This document shows positions 35,801 to 49,424 of a stretch of DNA of 64,000 nucleotides, in pieces. The stretch is from Octopus sinensis (Eukaryota): the NCBI RefSeq assembly GCF_006345805.1, contig NC_043001.1, forward strand, positions 48,608,001-48,672,000, read 5' to 3'. The position numbers and the translations under genes were made by a program. How positions within the stretch are numbered: position 1 is the stretch's first letter; every line of letters begins with the position of its first letter. Under the pieces are notes generated by a model, which saw nothing but the letters and a program-made list of their open reading frames with translations, made no database searches and was not told the origin of the DNA.

Positions 35801-37479
35801 CAGGGTATGGACTGGAGGAATAAGAAACTATGATAGAGGGAGAGGAGCAGGTATCTCGCTGAAGAGGTAAACACACACACTCACATGTATGTAAGTATGT
35901 ATATATTCATATGTATAGATCAGACATAGATTATTGACATTGTCTGTTATGGCAAAAATAATTTTTTATTTTTCATAGTAAGAAAAAAAGGAAAGTACAA
36001 AAAGCAAGTGAAACTGAGAAAGTACCAATATTTCAACCAGATAGGTTTTGAAATGTATGAAAGGAGGAGTGAAAATGTGGTGAAGATTGTGTCAATTGTA
36101 ATTGTTTGGTTTGGCACTGAAAACCATTGAGCAAGATAATTAATTTCTTTCTCTCTCTCTCAATGGCATCGTAGAATCTTTACATATGTGCATATTGAAT
36201 GAAACATTAAATAAAAATAGCCTATGGTGTTTTCGTGGTAGTGTTGGTGGTGTTGATGGAGGTGTAAGTATTTAGATATTAACCACTGACTGAATAATGA
36301 CATTTAGAAAAGAAGAAAATTATTAAAAGGAAAAAATAATTATGAATATTTATCTGAAAATAAATAATTATAGAAAATTGTGGGTGGTCTTTAATTTTTT
36401 TTTTTTTTTAAGTAGAAATAAAAAAAAAAAACCCCGAATGTTTTGCAAAGAATAAATAATGTTTAAAGCGTCTGAGTTGTAGAGGTGTCATTACTGAGAG
36501 TAACAAAATTCAAATTAAAAATATAAAGTTCAAGTAATTCTAATATATTTTCTGATTTCATTCCTTAAAGGGAAAAAATGAAATATATTTTTTCTTGTTC
36601 TTCATATCACTTGAATCTAAAGCACAGAACTTTATTACAAGTTAGAGATAATTTAAAGCAAAACATACATGCACACAGACAGCACTCATGTACATACGCT
36701 TGTACAGACACATAAACAAAGTAGAGATATAATTGATATGCTCTGAAATTTTTCTGTATATATGTGGTTAATATTTGAAGGTAGAAATGAAATTTTTTCA
36801 TGTTTTATGTAGCCAGCTTGCTCTGCATATAAGTCAAGATATTTGATGTTTGAGTAATATTATATAGAAAAGTTAGTAAAATAGAGAGAATAAAAAGCAT
36901 TTTTTAAATTTTTTGCCTTACACTTTGCTTACTAAGTATTGATTAACTGGATTTTGACCCCGAGTTCACTAGTTTCTAAGATACCAAGGCCGATATTTGA
37001 GTAAATAATCAAGCAAACGAACTGAACAAAAACAGAGGCACCTTATAAATGTAAGATATATTGAATGAAGATTATGATCAAGTCCACATTAACACTAAAC
37101 AACATAAGCATGTTCTTGGGGCACTAAAAGAGCAGCTCATAGAATTTTTTCCAGTGTTTTTTCATGATGCAGATATTAAATTATAGTAGTTGAAAAGGAA
37201 ATTAATAAAAAGGTGGGTGGTTTTCTTGTTTCCCTAGGTATGAGTAATTGAGTGTTATTACTTATTGTTATTTCGGGTTAACTATTTGAAATAAAATGGG
37301 TTATATATTTAATAAAGATAAAAGATCTGGCCTTGAGTGATGACCCAGAAAAACAACTGAAATTTCAATCTATTTTGCATATATATGTATTATTATATAG
37401 TATATACAACGTTCATATATTTTATTTATTGTTTTATTATCTTGTCGGTTTGACAATGGAAGGGTTGAAAGGGTACCAA

Positions 37480-37920
37480 TATTGGTTTCAAATTTTGGCA
37501 CAAGCCCAGCAAGTTCAGGGAAGGAGTTAAGTCAATTACATTGACTTTAGTATTCAACTGGTACTTATTTTATCGAATCTGAAAGGATGAAAGGCAAAGT
37601 TGACCTCAACAGAATTTGAACTCAGAACATGAAGACAGACAAAATGCTGCTAAGCATTTTTTCCAAGAATGCTACGATTCTGTCAGCTTGCCAGGGCACC
37701 AATATTCTATTCTATGCTAGGCACAAGGCCTGAAATTTTGGGGGAGGGGGCCAATCGATTAGATCAACCCCAGTATGCAATTAGTACTTAATTTATCGAC
37801 TCCAAAAGGATGAAAGGCAAAGTCGACCTCAGTGGAAATTGAACTCAGAACATAAAAACAGACGAAATACTGGTAAGCCTTTTGCCTGGTGTGCTAACGT
37901 TTCTGCCAGCTTGCCAGTGC
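37480..37920 (-). mobile_element. two tandem SINE-C copies
   Basis: AAAGGATGAAAGGCAAAGT(T/C)GACCTC...GAACTCAGAACAT at about 37585 and 37805. Confidence 0.85.
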
Positions 37921-38196
37921 ACCAACATTGAGCCATCCTTAGGGCATCAAATGGCCTTAAATCCAGTTATTGTTTTGATAGTTGGAATGCAACAAATTTT
38001 AATGATCTGTAATTGATTAAACCAATAATAAGCAGCTTATGCAATCTCAAAAAGGCCTGAAAGTGAAAGTGAAAGTTAAAATTGTGTTCCACACAAGGTT
38101 ATTTATGGAGAGCTGAATGAGGGCAACTATAGAAATAATGAATGGTTTGGAAAGTACAATGTGTAGTTTAACCCCTAAACTGTCCTGATGGAACAG

Positions 38197-38417
38197 ACAT
38201 GCAAGAGATTGCTGAAAAGTTCCTTGTTTTTAGTAAAAGAAAATACAGGAAGATCAGATAATTAAAATTCTATTGAACATATTCCCTTCTCAGATTCATA
38301 CACTTATTGCAGTGGTCCTTTGGTTTTTTTAAGCTCTTGAAAAGAACTCCAAAGGTTGGACCTCTAACCAGGCCTTTCATGATACCCTTAAAGCCAGGAA
38401 GTTCTCAGCATCCCTTT
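38197..38417 (-). mobile_element. mariner-derived MITE
   Basis: Collinear with 51303-51519. Confidence 0.8.
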
Positions 38418-38941
38418 GTTTGATTGAAGGCTTTTCAACTGTAAATATCCAGTCTTTACGGGATGAATGAGAGAATGAGGTGTAACCTGGACTACATTAT
38501 CCAACATCTCCCAGTTTAAAACAGTAGAGTAGAGTTTGAGGGATATTTGACTGTTTGTTTCCAGTAATTCATATGACAAAAAGAGGCTCCACATTGAGTG
38601 AATGTGTAGTGACACATTGTGAACAAATCTCGCAATTTGCCATTCTTTAAATAGGGAACAATTAAAATTTTTTAAGTTGTAAAGTTGTGATTTAAAAATT
38701 TTGGCTTCTATTTTTACCAGGTTTAAGTGACCATGTAGGACCATCTTTTGTTGATTTTTGTGGCCAGACTATTTGATAATACATCAAAAGATAAACTTTA
38801 GATGTAGTTTTTAATATTTCTGATTTTAGTAAAAAGTTAACTAGAACACCATTATATAGGAAATGTAGCTAATGGTGCATTTTGCATGGAAAATTAAAGA
38901 CATTTCAAGCCCCCCCCCCCCGAAAATCCATTGTTTCATCA

Positions 38942-39200
38942 TTATCATCATCATCATCCATTATACTTTAACGTCCATTTTCCCTGCTGGTATGGGTTTG
39001 ATGGCTTTACCAGAGCTGGCACATAGGAGAGCTGCACCAGGTTTCAGTCTGATTTGGCTTGATTTCCTAACACCAATCACTTTATAGTGTGTGATGAGGT
39101 GCATTTAATGTGGCACCAGACCAACTGCTTTCATGTGGTGCTAGCACAAGTGCTTTTTACATGGCATCAGCACAGGGCTTTTGCAAGCCAATCCTCTTCA
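38942..39200 (-). mobile_element. family D short retroelement
   Basis: (CAT)n...TTTAACGTCCATTTTCC. Confidence 0.65.
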
Positions 39201-39914
39201 TCAGGGGAGAGTGTTATTAACACTCCTGCTGTAGGGTATGGGTCTTCTATAGTGCAGCACAGTGCCATATATCTCTGTCCTTTGTCATCTTCTCCATAAC
39301 GTCCAGTGTCTTGAAGTTGTTCTATCAGATATGTCTTGTAGATCCGTAAAACTTATAATAATGGACCAGCTGGTTCTATCATACAAACTTCATGATTTTA
39401 AGTGATCTATATTAAAACCTTCCATCAAAATTTCATGTTAGTTTATGTTCCAAGCACTAGCTTAATAATGACTAAATTATTAAATCCTTCATTATTTTAA
39501 ACATCAATTTAAACAATGGCAGAATTTTTCAACAAAAATATAAAAAAAAAAAAGAGTTAAAAAAACTAATGCTATGAAAGAATATATAATTAAATGATGA
39601 TTTAGCTAGCAGAAAACGCTTACCGTAATGGATGATTCACGAACGGTTTTGTGTTTGAAAGGATCCTCTAACAATGAAAGTAATATGGTTGACAATTTTA
39701 CAGCTGATAATTTGACTTTCAATAACGTAAGTTGCTGACAGGTTATTGATAGGTATATAATAGGTAATCGCATATATCAGTGATTTGCAATCTCTTTGAC
39801 TTCATGGTATTAATGGAGATAATAAAAATATTTTTTTTTAATTCCTGGTGAACTATATGTGGAAAGAATTTAATTTTTAAAATTCTTTTTACTTTTGTTT
39901 TTTTAAAAGATAGT

Positions 39915-40262
39915 TGCAGGTGCTGCTGTGTGGTTAGAAAAGTTTACTTTGCAACTGCATGGTTTCAGGTTCAGTCCTACAGTGTGGCACCTTGGGCAAG
40001 TGTTTTCCACTATATCCTTAGGCCAACCAATACCTTGTGACTAAATTTGGTAGAAAGATATTTTGTGGAAGCCTTTGTGTGTATGTGTGTGTACTCCTCC
40101 CCACCCAATTGACAGCAGTTGTTGGATTGTATATGTCCCTGTAACTTAGCAATTAACAAAAGTGTGTAATTGAATAAGTACTGGACATGATTTTTTCACT
40201 AAACTCTTGAAGGCAATTCGTTAGCTGCAGTTAAATATGTGAAACAAGTAAAAGATAAAAAA
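39915..40262 (+). mobile_element. SINE family B
   Basis: GCTGTGTGGTTAG...GGCACCTTGGGCAAGTG...GAAACAAGTAAAAGA. Confidence 0.8.
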
Positions 40263-40859
40263 ATGAAAGAGAAAGATTTTTAAGAAATTTATTAAGTTAA
40301 AAAGTTAGAAGAAGCAAAATAACCTACCACTTGTCCCATTTTATTAAATGTACTTGTGATATAACAGGTCCAGAACTAGACATTAAACTGTATCTAGTGT
40401 TGAGTTTCATCTGTGAGGTTCAAGGGTTGGGGTAGTGTGGGAGTTATCCCTGCGTCATTGCTATTCCAAGATTCACTATGACCTGGGGTGGTAGTATCTG
40501 TCAAGAGTCACAGTTGTGGGTCAAATAGAAGATAGTCCTATGTCTAAAGCACACTGAATTTATAAGCTCCTTGATATCTATCACACAGACTCTCTTGTAT
40601 GTGGATATATCCTAGTGTCACACGAGTCAATTCTTGGATAAATGAGCTGGTCCCTGTATCTCAAGGTAAACTCTTGAGAGGAGGAAATTAGCATGGTACA
40701 AAATTAGTATAGTATAAGGTACAATATCTTGGGAAAAACTTAGTACAAATAGAAAGTGTAATTTTATTTTTGATTTTGTTTTTGAGATTTGGCTGTGTCA
40801 GCCTTAATATGGGGGATAATTCTGGTCATGAATAAAAACAAGAAAATATTCAGACTTAA

Positions 40860-41105
40860 GGCTGACTTTTGCAGTAAAGAACCAATTTAGGGAAACAAAA
40901 AATATCAAATTGCATATCAAGAACCCCATTGACTCTTTGTGTAAAATGTATGACGAAAACAGTTGGAAGTATAGAACATTTGATTAAGTGAATACAGTAC
41001 ATTAACAGAAAAGGAATCTAATAGAAGGCTTGATAATGTTGCATGGATCATTGATGTGGGAGATGTAATTACATAGAATGTTAAGCTGAGAGAGAGTAGA
41101 GGAGC
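40860..41105 (+). mobile_element. R4/Dong-type LINE zinc-knuckle region (decayed)
   Basis: Frameshifted DSLCKMY...SIEHLI...LTEKESNRRLDNVAWII resembles CRxC..E.I.H...C...Y..RHDNVA..IHW. Confidence 0.55.
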
Positions 41106-41157
41106 AATGAGACATTGAATCTCAGTTTTTTTTACTTTGTGTTGTTCTGGAGATCAG

Positions 41158-41313
41158 AAAAAATTACTGGCACACTTCACAGGGAAAGTTAAAAATTACT
41201 GGAGTGCTTTACATGGCAAGTTAAAAATGACTGGCACAGTGTGGAAATTGAAAACTACTGGTGCATATCACATGGAAAGTTAAAAATTACTGACAAACTT
41301 CCCTGGGAAAGTT
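41158..41313. repeat. five copies of a roughly 32-bp tandem unit
   Basis: AAAAATTACTGG-(variable, about 12 nt)-GGAAAGTT. Confidence 0.8.
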
Positions 41314-41779
41314 TTTAAAAATGTGTTTCAAAAATTAGAATTTTTTTTTTAAAGTGTATAAAACTGCTCACTTTGTTTTGTATATAAACAAAATTATAAT
41401 GTTTCCAAAGATATTCAAGCATGAATTTTTAGAAATGTTGAATTATATTTTAAAAAATACACAGTACATCTCTTGCAGTGCACAATTTAAGATCAGTAGC
41501 ATTAAATGCATAAAGGAAAAGCTTTAACCTGGATTTTCACAAGAAAAAATATGTGATCCTAATATTAAACATGAAGAAATTATCTCTTCATCACATACAG
41601 TCAATATTGAAATACATTTTGTCATTAGTAATGATAATAACCACAAATTCTCTCATAACCACCACTTTTCCAATCTGAATGAGCATCTATGCAGATGGTC
41701 AGCCTACCAAAGATGTATCATTTGATGGTGTATAAGATACACTTTTTTTCTAAAAAAGAAATATCTCAAAAAATCACTT

Positions 41780-42085
41780 TGGGTCCTATATGAGAAGTTG
41801 GGCCTCCAATAAGCTCCTGTGTTTCTTGAATATTCGCTGCTAAAATTGTGGTGCTTCTAATATACCCTTGCATCTTTTATGCCATCAAATCTGGCAGTAG
41901 CCAAATATTCATCTACATTCTCCCTGAATGGAATGCCAGTCCATTGCAGGGTTACTCATTTACAACTGATTGAACTGAAGCAACATGAAATGAAGGGTTT
42001 TGGCCAAGAACAATATACTGTCCAGGAATCAAAGCACTCCTGATCATGAGTACAATACACTAACCACTAGGCTATGCGCCTTCAT
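41780..42085 (-). mobile_element. tRNA-derived SINE (same type as 13380-13626)
   Basis: Reverse-complement head CTAACCACTAGGCTATGCGCCTTC; GCCAGTCCATTGCAGGGTTACTC. Confidence 0.6.
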
Positions 42086-42660
42086 TTCTCATTCAAGTAC
42101 AAAGCCCAAAATTTGGGGAGAAGGGTCAGTTGATCAAATCTATCCCAGTACATGACTGGTACTTGACTTCATTGACTTTAGAGGGATAATAAGCAAAGTT
42201 GACCGTGGCAGGATTTGAACTCAGAATGCGAAGAGCTAGAACATGTGCTGAAAAGCATTTTATCTGCTCTCTGAAATTTAGATGGAGGAGTTAGTCACTC
42301 TAGTTACGGAGATGAAAATACACCAGTATCAGTTGTCAAATGATGTTGGGGGGACAAACACAGACACACACACATACATATATATGACAGGATTCTTTCA
42401 GTTTCTGTCTACCAAATCCAGGTTTTGGTCAGCCCGAGGCTATAGTAGAAGACACTTGCTCAAGGTGCCACACAGTGGGACTGAACCCGGAACCATGTGG
42501 TTCGTAAGCAAGCTACTTACCACACAGCCACTCCTATACCTCAAAAGGATGAAAGGCAAAGTTGAGCTCAGCAGAATTTGAACTCAGAACATAAAACTAG
42601 AAGAAATGTTGCTAAGCATTTTGTCTGACATGCTAACAGTTCTGCTGGTTTACTGCCTTA
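42085..42660 (-). mobile_element. SINE-C / SINE-B (42315-42536) / SINE-C composite
   Basis: Reverse-complement C units at 42085-42280 and 42540-42660 flank a B fragment. Confidence 0.75.
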
Positions 42661-43864
42661 ATAATAATAATGATAATAATAGTAGTTGTAGTAGTAAGAA
42701 TTCATTTTTAATACTAATTATCTCTGAAATAGAGTTTCAAGAAAGAAATTATTTCTAGAAGAAAGGAAAATATTAAAAAAGTAATTAAAAAATATGCCTA
42801 AAATGAATGCCAATTCAATCTTCTCTTTTAAAAGCTATTCAAAACTGAAGAATCCCAATTTTGCAAAACTATTCTCATATTCAACATATTCTTTATAATT
42901 CCACATAGTCCTGCATTTATTTATTTATTTACTGATTATATATTTTTTTGTTGTCTTTTTAAATATATCTTCCATTCTTAATTTTCATTTATTTATTTAA
43001 TGAATTTTTTTTTTGTTTTTGCTTTTGATGTCTTTATTTTTTGAATTTATAAAATTTTGTTAGTTTTAATAAAATATCATTTGTTGTTGATTTAATCTTA
43101 TTTTTAAAAATTTTCTTTCTTCTTTTTTTTTGATGTTTTCATTTTTATTTGTTTACTCAATTTAAATAATTTTGCTGCTTTAGTCTTTTTCTGTTGTTGA
43201 TCATCAGGAAAGAATGTCTAATAGAATTTTATTGTTTTTTTAAAAAATTTATTTATTTATATTCTTCCGCCTTTTAAAATCTATTAATTTCATGCTAACA
43301 TGGGAGACTCTATTCTGTCACTTGACAAATGAGAAATAGCAGCCAAATCTTATACCAATCACACACTATAGTATTAAAAAATAAGGAAGGACACATTGAA
43401 TAATGTTGCACATGGTGCATTCCACTTAGATAAAAGACAGGATGGTCATATTTTTGAATTATTTTGCTTATAAGTTCGCTTGATGGAGACTGATGCAGGT
43501 TGAAAATAATAAGAAATCCCTATTAATTTTTAATTTGTTTTATCATTAATTTACTTTTTTCTTCTTTTTAAGCCATAAACTGTGAAATTGAATTTCATAT
43601 TTATCCCAATAATAATGTTAAATAGCTAGCAAAAACATAGAACTTGTATTTTCCACTAGTCATGTTGCCTCAATAAGCTTGATATGCCTCAACAGAAAGT
43701 AGTCGCAATCAGGACACTCTTTAACAAAAGCATGTATATAAAACTGCTATCTGCAGTTCAGGAGAATGAAATCTTGAGTGGGTATATCTGATTTCTACAG
43801 TAAAAGGGTTGACATTTACTTAGATTTTGTTATTAGAAATTTTGAAATACATGGTTATAAAGTA

Positions 43865-44365
43865 GCTTTTATCTTCTACTTGCTTCAGTCATTTGACTGT
43901 GGCCATATTGGAGCACTGCCTTGAAGGGTTTTAGACGAACAATTCAATTACAAGACAATTATTTTCTTTTTTTTTAAAGCCTGGTACTTATTCTATTGGT
44001 CTCTTTTGCTGAACCACTAAGTTGAGTTGTAAACACACCACCACCAGTTGTCAAGCAGTGGGGTGGGGGGAAAGTCACAAAGATACACACACACACACAT
44101 GGTATTTTTATACAAGCTTAAAGCTTATGGTGATCACCATGCAATGACTAAGGAAATTAGTCTAATAAAGGGGTGAAAGCATATATATATATATATATAT
44201 ATATATGACAGGCTTCTCTCAGTTTCCATCTACAAAATCCATTCACAAGGCTTTGGTCGGCCCAAGGCTATACTAGAAGACTCTTGCCCAAGGTGCCATG
44301 CAGTGGAACTGAACCCAGAACTGTGTAGTTGGAAAGTAAGCTTCTTGCTACACAGCCACACCTTA
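43865..44365 (-). mobile_element. SINE family B with internal insertion and (TA)n
   Basis: Reverse-complement tail at 43865, reverse-complement head at 44345-44365. Confidence 0.8.
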
Positions 44366-44744
44366 AAAATGAATGGTTGATTATCAAGTATATTTGCCTA
44401 AAAACTGTTGGGTAATGTCTGAAGATGGTGTAGTAAGCATAGTTGTGTGGTTACAAAGTTTGTTTTGCAACCACATGGAGCCAGGTTCCATCCCAGAGTG
44501 TGACACTTCAGACAAGAGACTTCTACTATAGCTTTGGAATTACCGATATTTTTTGAATGAAACTGTGCATCCTTTAAGTAATCTCTCAGCTCATTGGTTT
44601 CAGCTATTTCAGAATGCGAAAACTAATGGAATAAAATACTTGAAAACAAGGGTTGGCAACTGGAAAGACATCTAACTTAGAATGATGCCTGAATAAGTCT
44701 CTCTTGAACCATACTAGTATGGAAAAGCACATATAAAATGATAA

Positions 44745-45326
44745 TATTCTTTTTCTTGTTTCAGTCATTTGACTGTAGCCATGCTGGAGCACCACCTTAA
44801 AGGGTTTTTAATTGAAGAAATCGATCCCAAGACTTATTCTTTGTAAACCTAGTACTTAGTCTATTGGTCCCTTCTGCTGGACTGCTAAGTTATGGGGACG
44901 TAAACACACCAGTACCAGTTGTCAGGCAGTGGAGGGGGAGCAAACATAGACACAAAGACACATGTACACACAGGTATATATACATTCAGAAGGTTTTGGT
45001 TGGCCTGGGGTTATAGTAGAAAACACTTGCCCAAGGTGCTTTCCATGTGATTGGAAAGCAAACTTCTTATTTCTTTATTGCCCTCAAGGGGCTAAACATA
45101 AAGGGGACAAACAAGGACAGACAAAGGGATTAAGTCGATTACATTGACCCCAGTGCATAACTGGTACTTAATTTATCGACCCTGAAAGGATGAAAGGCAA
45201 AGTCGACCTTGGCAGAATTTGAACTCAGAGCGTAACAGCAGACGAAATACTGCTAAGCATTTCACCCAGTGTGCTAACATTTCTGCCAGCTCACCGCCTT
45301 CTTACCACACAGCCATGTCTGTGCCT
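44745..45326 (-). mobile_element. SINE-B interrupted by SINE-C
   Basis: B resumes at 45299 (TTCTTACCACACAGCC) after the insertion. Confidence 0.8.
45069..45298 (-). mobile_element. SINE family C, full length and young
   Basis: Reverse-complement head GCCAGCTCACCGCC, tail ATTTCTTTATTGCCC; TSD TTCTT (45064-45068, 45299-45303). Confidence 0.9.
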
Positions 45327-46119
45327 ATTATTGATGTCAATTAAACAGGTCCTCATGGTAGTGATGATACTGGGAGAGAAAGTGATGATAGTGCAGATGT
45401 TGATTTGTAGAGATGTGGTTTTTAACCCCAGACCAACCTTGCTTGAACTGATCTATGATCAAATGCATTCTAGTTGTGACCTTCTCATTTTGCTTTGGAA
45501 ATCTATGGTGACATTTTGTAATGTTCCGTATTTTACATGGTGATGAGTGATCTTAGGTAGATTTGACTGCTATTTCTAACAAGAAATGGAGGATTGGGTG
45601 TATAGCTAGCAACTGATAGGCTATCAAAATTGTTCAAGGATGAACTGTCATATGGTACCACCATTGAAGTTCTCTGTTAGCTAATTTTAAGCAGTTAACT
45701 GAGACAAACACTATTAATTTGATTGAAAGTTTAGATTTCACTAATATTTCTAATGAAAGCAAGGTAGACTATTCCTATCATGACAGACATGCCTCAAATT
45801 CACTAGCTGCCTGACAGTTACCAGTAAATATGTAGTAGTTGTAAAGATTTACTGATTCCATAACATGATACAAACTGAGCCTCACTTATCCAATGATATC
45901 TTTGTTTTGAATTTATCACCATTTCACCACTAGGTATTCACATGTTCAAACTATCTGATATGCCTTGTAGATCTGTGAAACTTATAATAATGGAAGCCTG
46001 AGTCAAACTACTAATAGAAATTTGTAACCTCCAAAACTTATTGAGTTCTCCTTTCATTTCTACACGTATCTATCCATCTACACACATGCACTACACTACA
46101 TTTCTAGTTTTGCAATTTC

Positions 46120-46900
46120 TCTGTGCACAAAGAGACATAATCAAACTTTTCATGATACGATGGGCTAATCATTTCAGATGGGATCAAATAATGAAATCCA
46201 TACCTCTAGTCATGTATTCTCATTATATCAATAACATAAATAAACATTGTGACTAAATCAAGCCCACAGAATGACATTAAGGTAGTAGAAAAACATACAA
46301 TGGAAAACATTCAGTATATAGCAAACTACATCCACCAAAGCATTAAAGTTACCATTAGTTACTCATTGAAACACCACAACAAAAGGTTAGCAATTCTCAA
46401 TACAAAACTGTGGCAAGATATTATTGAGGGCAAGAATCAAATCCTTCACTTATTATATAAAACTTATGGTGAAGATCTGCCATATCAGTGATTCTCAATC
46501 ATTTTTTGCCTATGGGCATGTTTTGATTTCTATTTTACTCAGGTGAATCCTCATAACCATTTGATGTTTAAAAATATCCTATTACATTTTTATGATTAAA
46601 TATTATAAAGAATTGTATAAAAAAAATTGTTAAAATATTTTGTGTACTGTAGAAGTATAACCAAGGTATTACACATAATCACAACAAAATCTTATAGGGA
46701 CCCCAGTTGAGAAACACTGTGCTATATTAACAAATGCCAAAATAACTCAATAGGAGACCTAGCAAGAATCAAAAGAAAGGTGTCTCGGTATCGTGTACAC
46801 CCTGAAACCAAGAAAGCATATTCAAGATTTCATCCATTATGTACAGTTTTCTGGATACAACCAATTAGATCAGATCAGGGTATGTACTAAAGTAAACATG
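46120..46900 (+). mobile_element. Penelope-like element reverse transcriptase fragment (decayed, split by a hAT MITE)
   Basis: LFMIRW...MYSHYINNIN (decayed RYVDDIN), TMENIQYIANYIHQSIKVTISYSLKHHNKRLAILNTKLW...ILH, then ...FSGYNQ after the MITE. Confidence 0.65.
46486..46719. mobile_element. hAT (Charlie-like) MITE
   Basis: TIR CAGTGATTCTCAA/TTGAGAAACACTG; 8-bp TSD TGCCATAT/TGCTATAT. Confidence 0.85.
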
Positions 46901-47386
46901 GAAACAGATCAGAAAGAAAAACAAAGTTTGTGCAAGAAAAAAATCTTTGTATGACAAAAACAAGTTTCAAATTTTGAAAATTATGACATAACATAAAACT
47001 GAAAAAAAATAGAAGTAAGAGATAAAACAGACAGATCCATCAAGTCATTAAATATGTAATTAATGCTCATTTAAGAAAACACCATTCACTGACAACTGCA
47101 GGGAAGGCACAACTAACCAACCAACCCACGCAAAAATAAATTTGCAAAACTAGAAATGAAGTATACCACGTTAGATGCATAGAAAGGCAATATAGAGACA
47201 CCACCATCTGTTCATTTATGTATGTATATTTGTTGTGTGTGTATGTACACACACAGAATAAGAAGTAGAAAATTCTTGGTATAGCATTATATATATGAAA
47301 AAATGAATAGAAATGACTTTTCTGATAATTTTTCCACAAGCATTTCATTATTAAAGTGGAAAAATTATCATATATATATGTGTGTG

Positions 47387-47440
<54 letters not shown>

Positions 47441-48019
47441 CATGCAGGCATGCATACATGTATGATGTGAATCTATTTTTAACAGAATTCGCCATCATAG
47501 GAAGTCTAGTTTCATCAATCATTAACTTTTGAATTTGCCATCAAGATTCTATTGAAAGGAAGCTCTTTGACAGTTTGGATGAATCCCTCCTTAAACACTT
47601 CCTATTATACATAATCAACATCTATGTTGACTGATTTTTTTTTTTTCATTTTATTTTTCACTGAGGAACACAGTTCATCTTTGTGGTGAGTTTTACAAGA
47701 GTTTTGTGAGTGAAAATAATGATGATTCTATTGGATGTCTCAAGAAATAAATTGGGGCAGAATATTTGAAGGGCAAATTACAAAATGACAAGGGTTTATA
47801 CTTTATTTTTAAGTGATATAAGCATAACAGATATAACCGCACATACAAGCAAATAAATGTAAATACATACTGTAAAATATATTTATATCCATCTCCTTGA
47901 AGGAAGATAGCCAAGCCACTGGGAGTCAATCAGGAAACATTATAGATTCTGGGTTCCTCTGGTTACCATAGTCAAGTACCTTCTCTTGGCTCAACATGCA
48001 TAATACCTCCATTTATACT

Positions 48020-48750
48020 GGCACTCTATCAGTTATGACAATGAGGGTTCCAATTGATCTGATTGACGGAATAGCTTGCTCATGAAATTAATGTGCATGT
48101 GGCTGAGCACTCCACAGACATACTTTTTACTCTTTTCCTTGTTTCAGTCATTTGACTGCGGCCATGCTGGAGCACCGCCTTTAATTGAGCAACTCGACCC
48201 CGGGACTTATTCTTTGTAAGCCCAATACTTATTCTATCAGTCTTTTTTTGCCAAACCGCTAAGTGACGGGGACATAAACACACCAGCATCGGTTGTCAAG
48301 CAATGCTAAGGGGACAAACACAGACACACAAACATACATGCACACATATATATATACATATATACGACAATCTTCTTTCAGTTTCCGTCTACCAAATCCA
48401 CTCACAAGGCTTTGGTCGGTCCAAGGCTATAGTAGAAGACACTTGCCCAAGGTGCCACGCAGTGGGACTGAACCCGGAACCATGTGGTTGGTAAGCAAGC
48501 TACTTACCACACAGCCACTCCTGCACCTTAATGTGTACCCTTAATGTAATTCTCTAGGAGATTCAGTGTGACGCAGAATCTGACATGGCCGGGCCTTTGA
48601 AATATAGGTACTACATATTTTTGCCAGCTGAGTGAACTAGAGCAATGTGAAATAAAGTGTCTTGCTCAAGGACACAACACATAGCTGAGAACTGAACTCA
48701 TGACTTTACAATCATGAGCCAAATACCCTAACCACCAACGACATATCTTC
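48020..48750 (-). mobile_element. SINE A' split by SINE-B
   Basis: A' tail 48020-48120 continues at 48528-48750. Confidence 0.75.
48121..48527 (-). mobile_element. SINE family B, young CpG-rich copy
   Basis: Complete reverse complement from TACTCTTTT tail to CACAGCCACTCCTGC head. Confidence 0.9.
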
Positions 48751-49068
48751 ACTACATCCATTTATAACCAAATATAAATTAGCATCCCACTGACCCCTCA
48801 AAAATTTTACTGGAGAGTATCACTTACTTTTTCTCTTCAAATCATACATTTTAGCATTAATTGTTTACTCATCACATACTGCTAAGAAACAAACAGTAAA
48901 CAGTTTGTTTTGAACTTGTAAGACTCCTCAGTTTCTCTGCCAGGATAAGAAATCACTAAACTTGTGTATTAGTAATGGGTTTTTTTATATTTTGGCAGAA
49001 GGCTGGCAGTTTTTAGAAGAAGTCTTAGTCAATAGCATTGACCCTCCAGTATGTGACTGGTACTTTAT

Positions 49069-49297
49069 GTAACCCTTTAGCATTTAAATCAACCATATCA
49101 GACCAAAATGTTCTACCTGTTTTATGGTCATACTGACCAGATCTGATTACTCAGACCAACCCTACAATGTCATTCAAAAAAAGTAACAGGTACCTCATCA
49201 AAATCTCACAGCTACAAGAGAATGCATGATTAATTCAAAATAATGTGAATAAATAAGCATTACTTTTGACAGAATAATATGAATGCTAAAGGGTTAA
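49069..49297 (+). mobile_element. piggyBac-like MITE P1 inserted in a minus-strand SINE-C
   Basis: GTAACCCTTTAGCATT ... AATGCTAAAGGGTTAA; SINE-C continues on both sides. Confidence 0.85.
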
Positions 49298-49424
49298 GTA
49301 ATCCCAGAGGGATGAAAGGCAAAGTCAATTTTAGCAGGATTTGAACTTACAATGTAAAAAGTCAGCTTAAATATTACAAGGTACTGTGTCAGACATTAAT
49401 GATTCTGCCAGAATCTCACTTTGC

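Noticed and set aside
41158-41313. Repeat-spacer look
   Set aside because: Variable parts are only about 12 nt and related to each other; it is a degenerate tandem repeat
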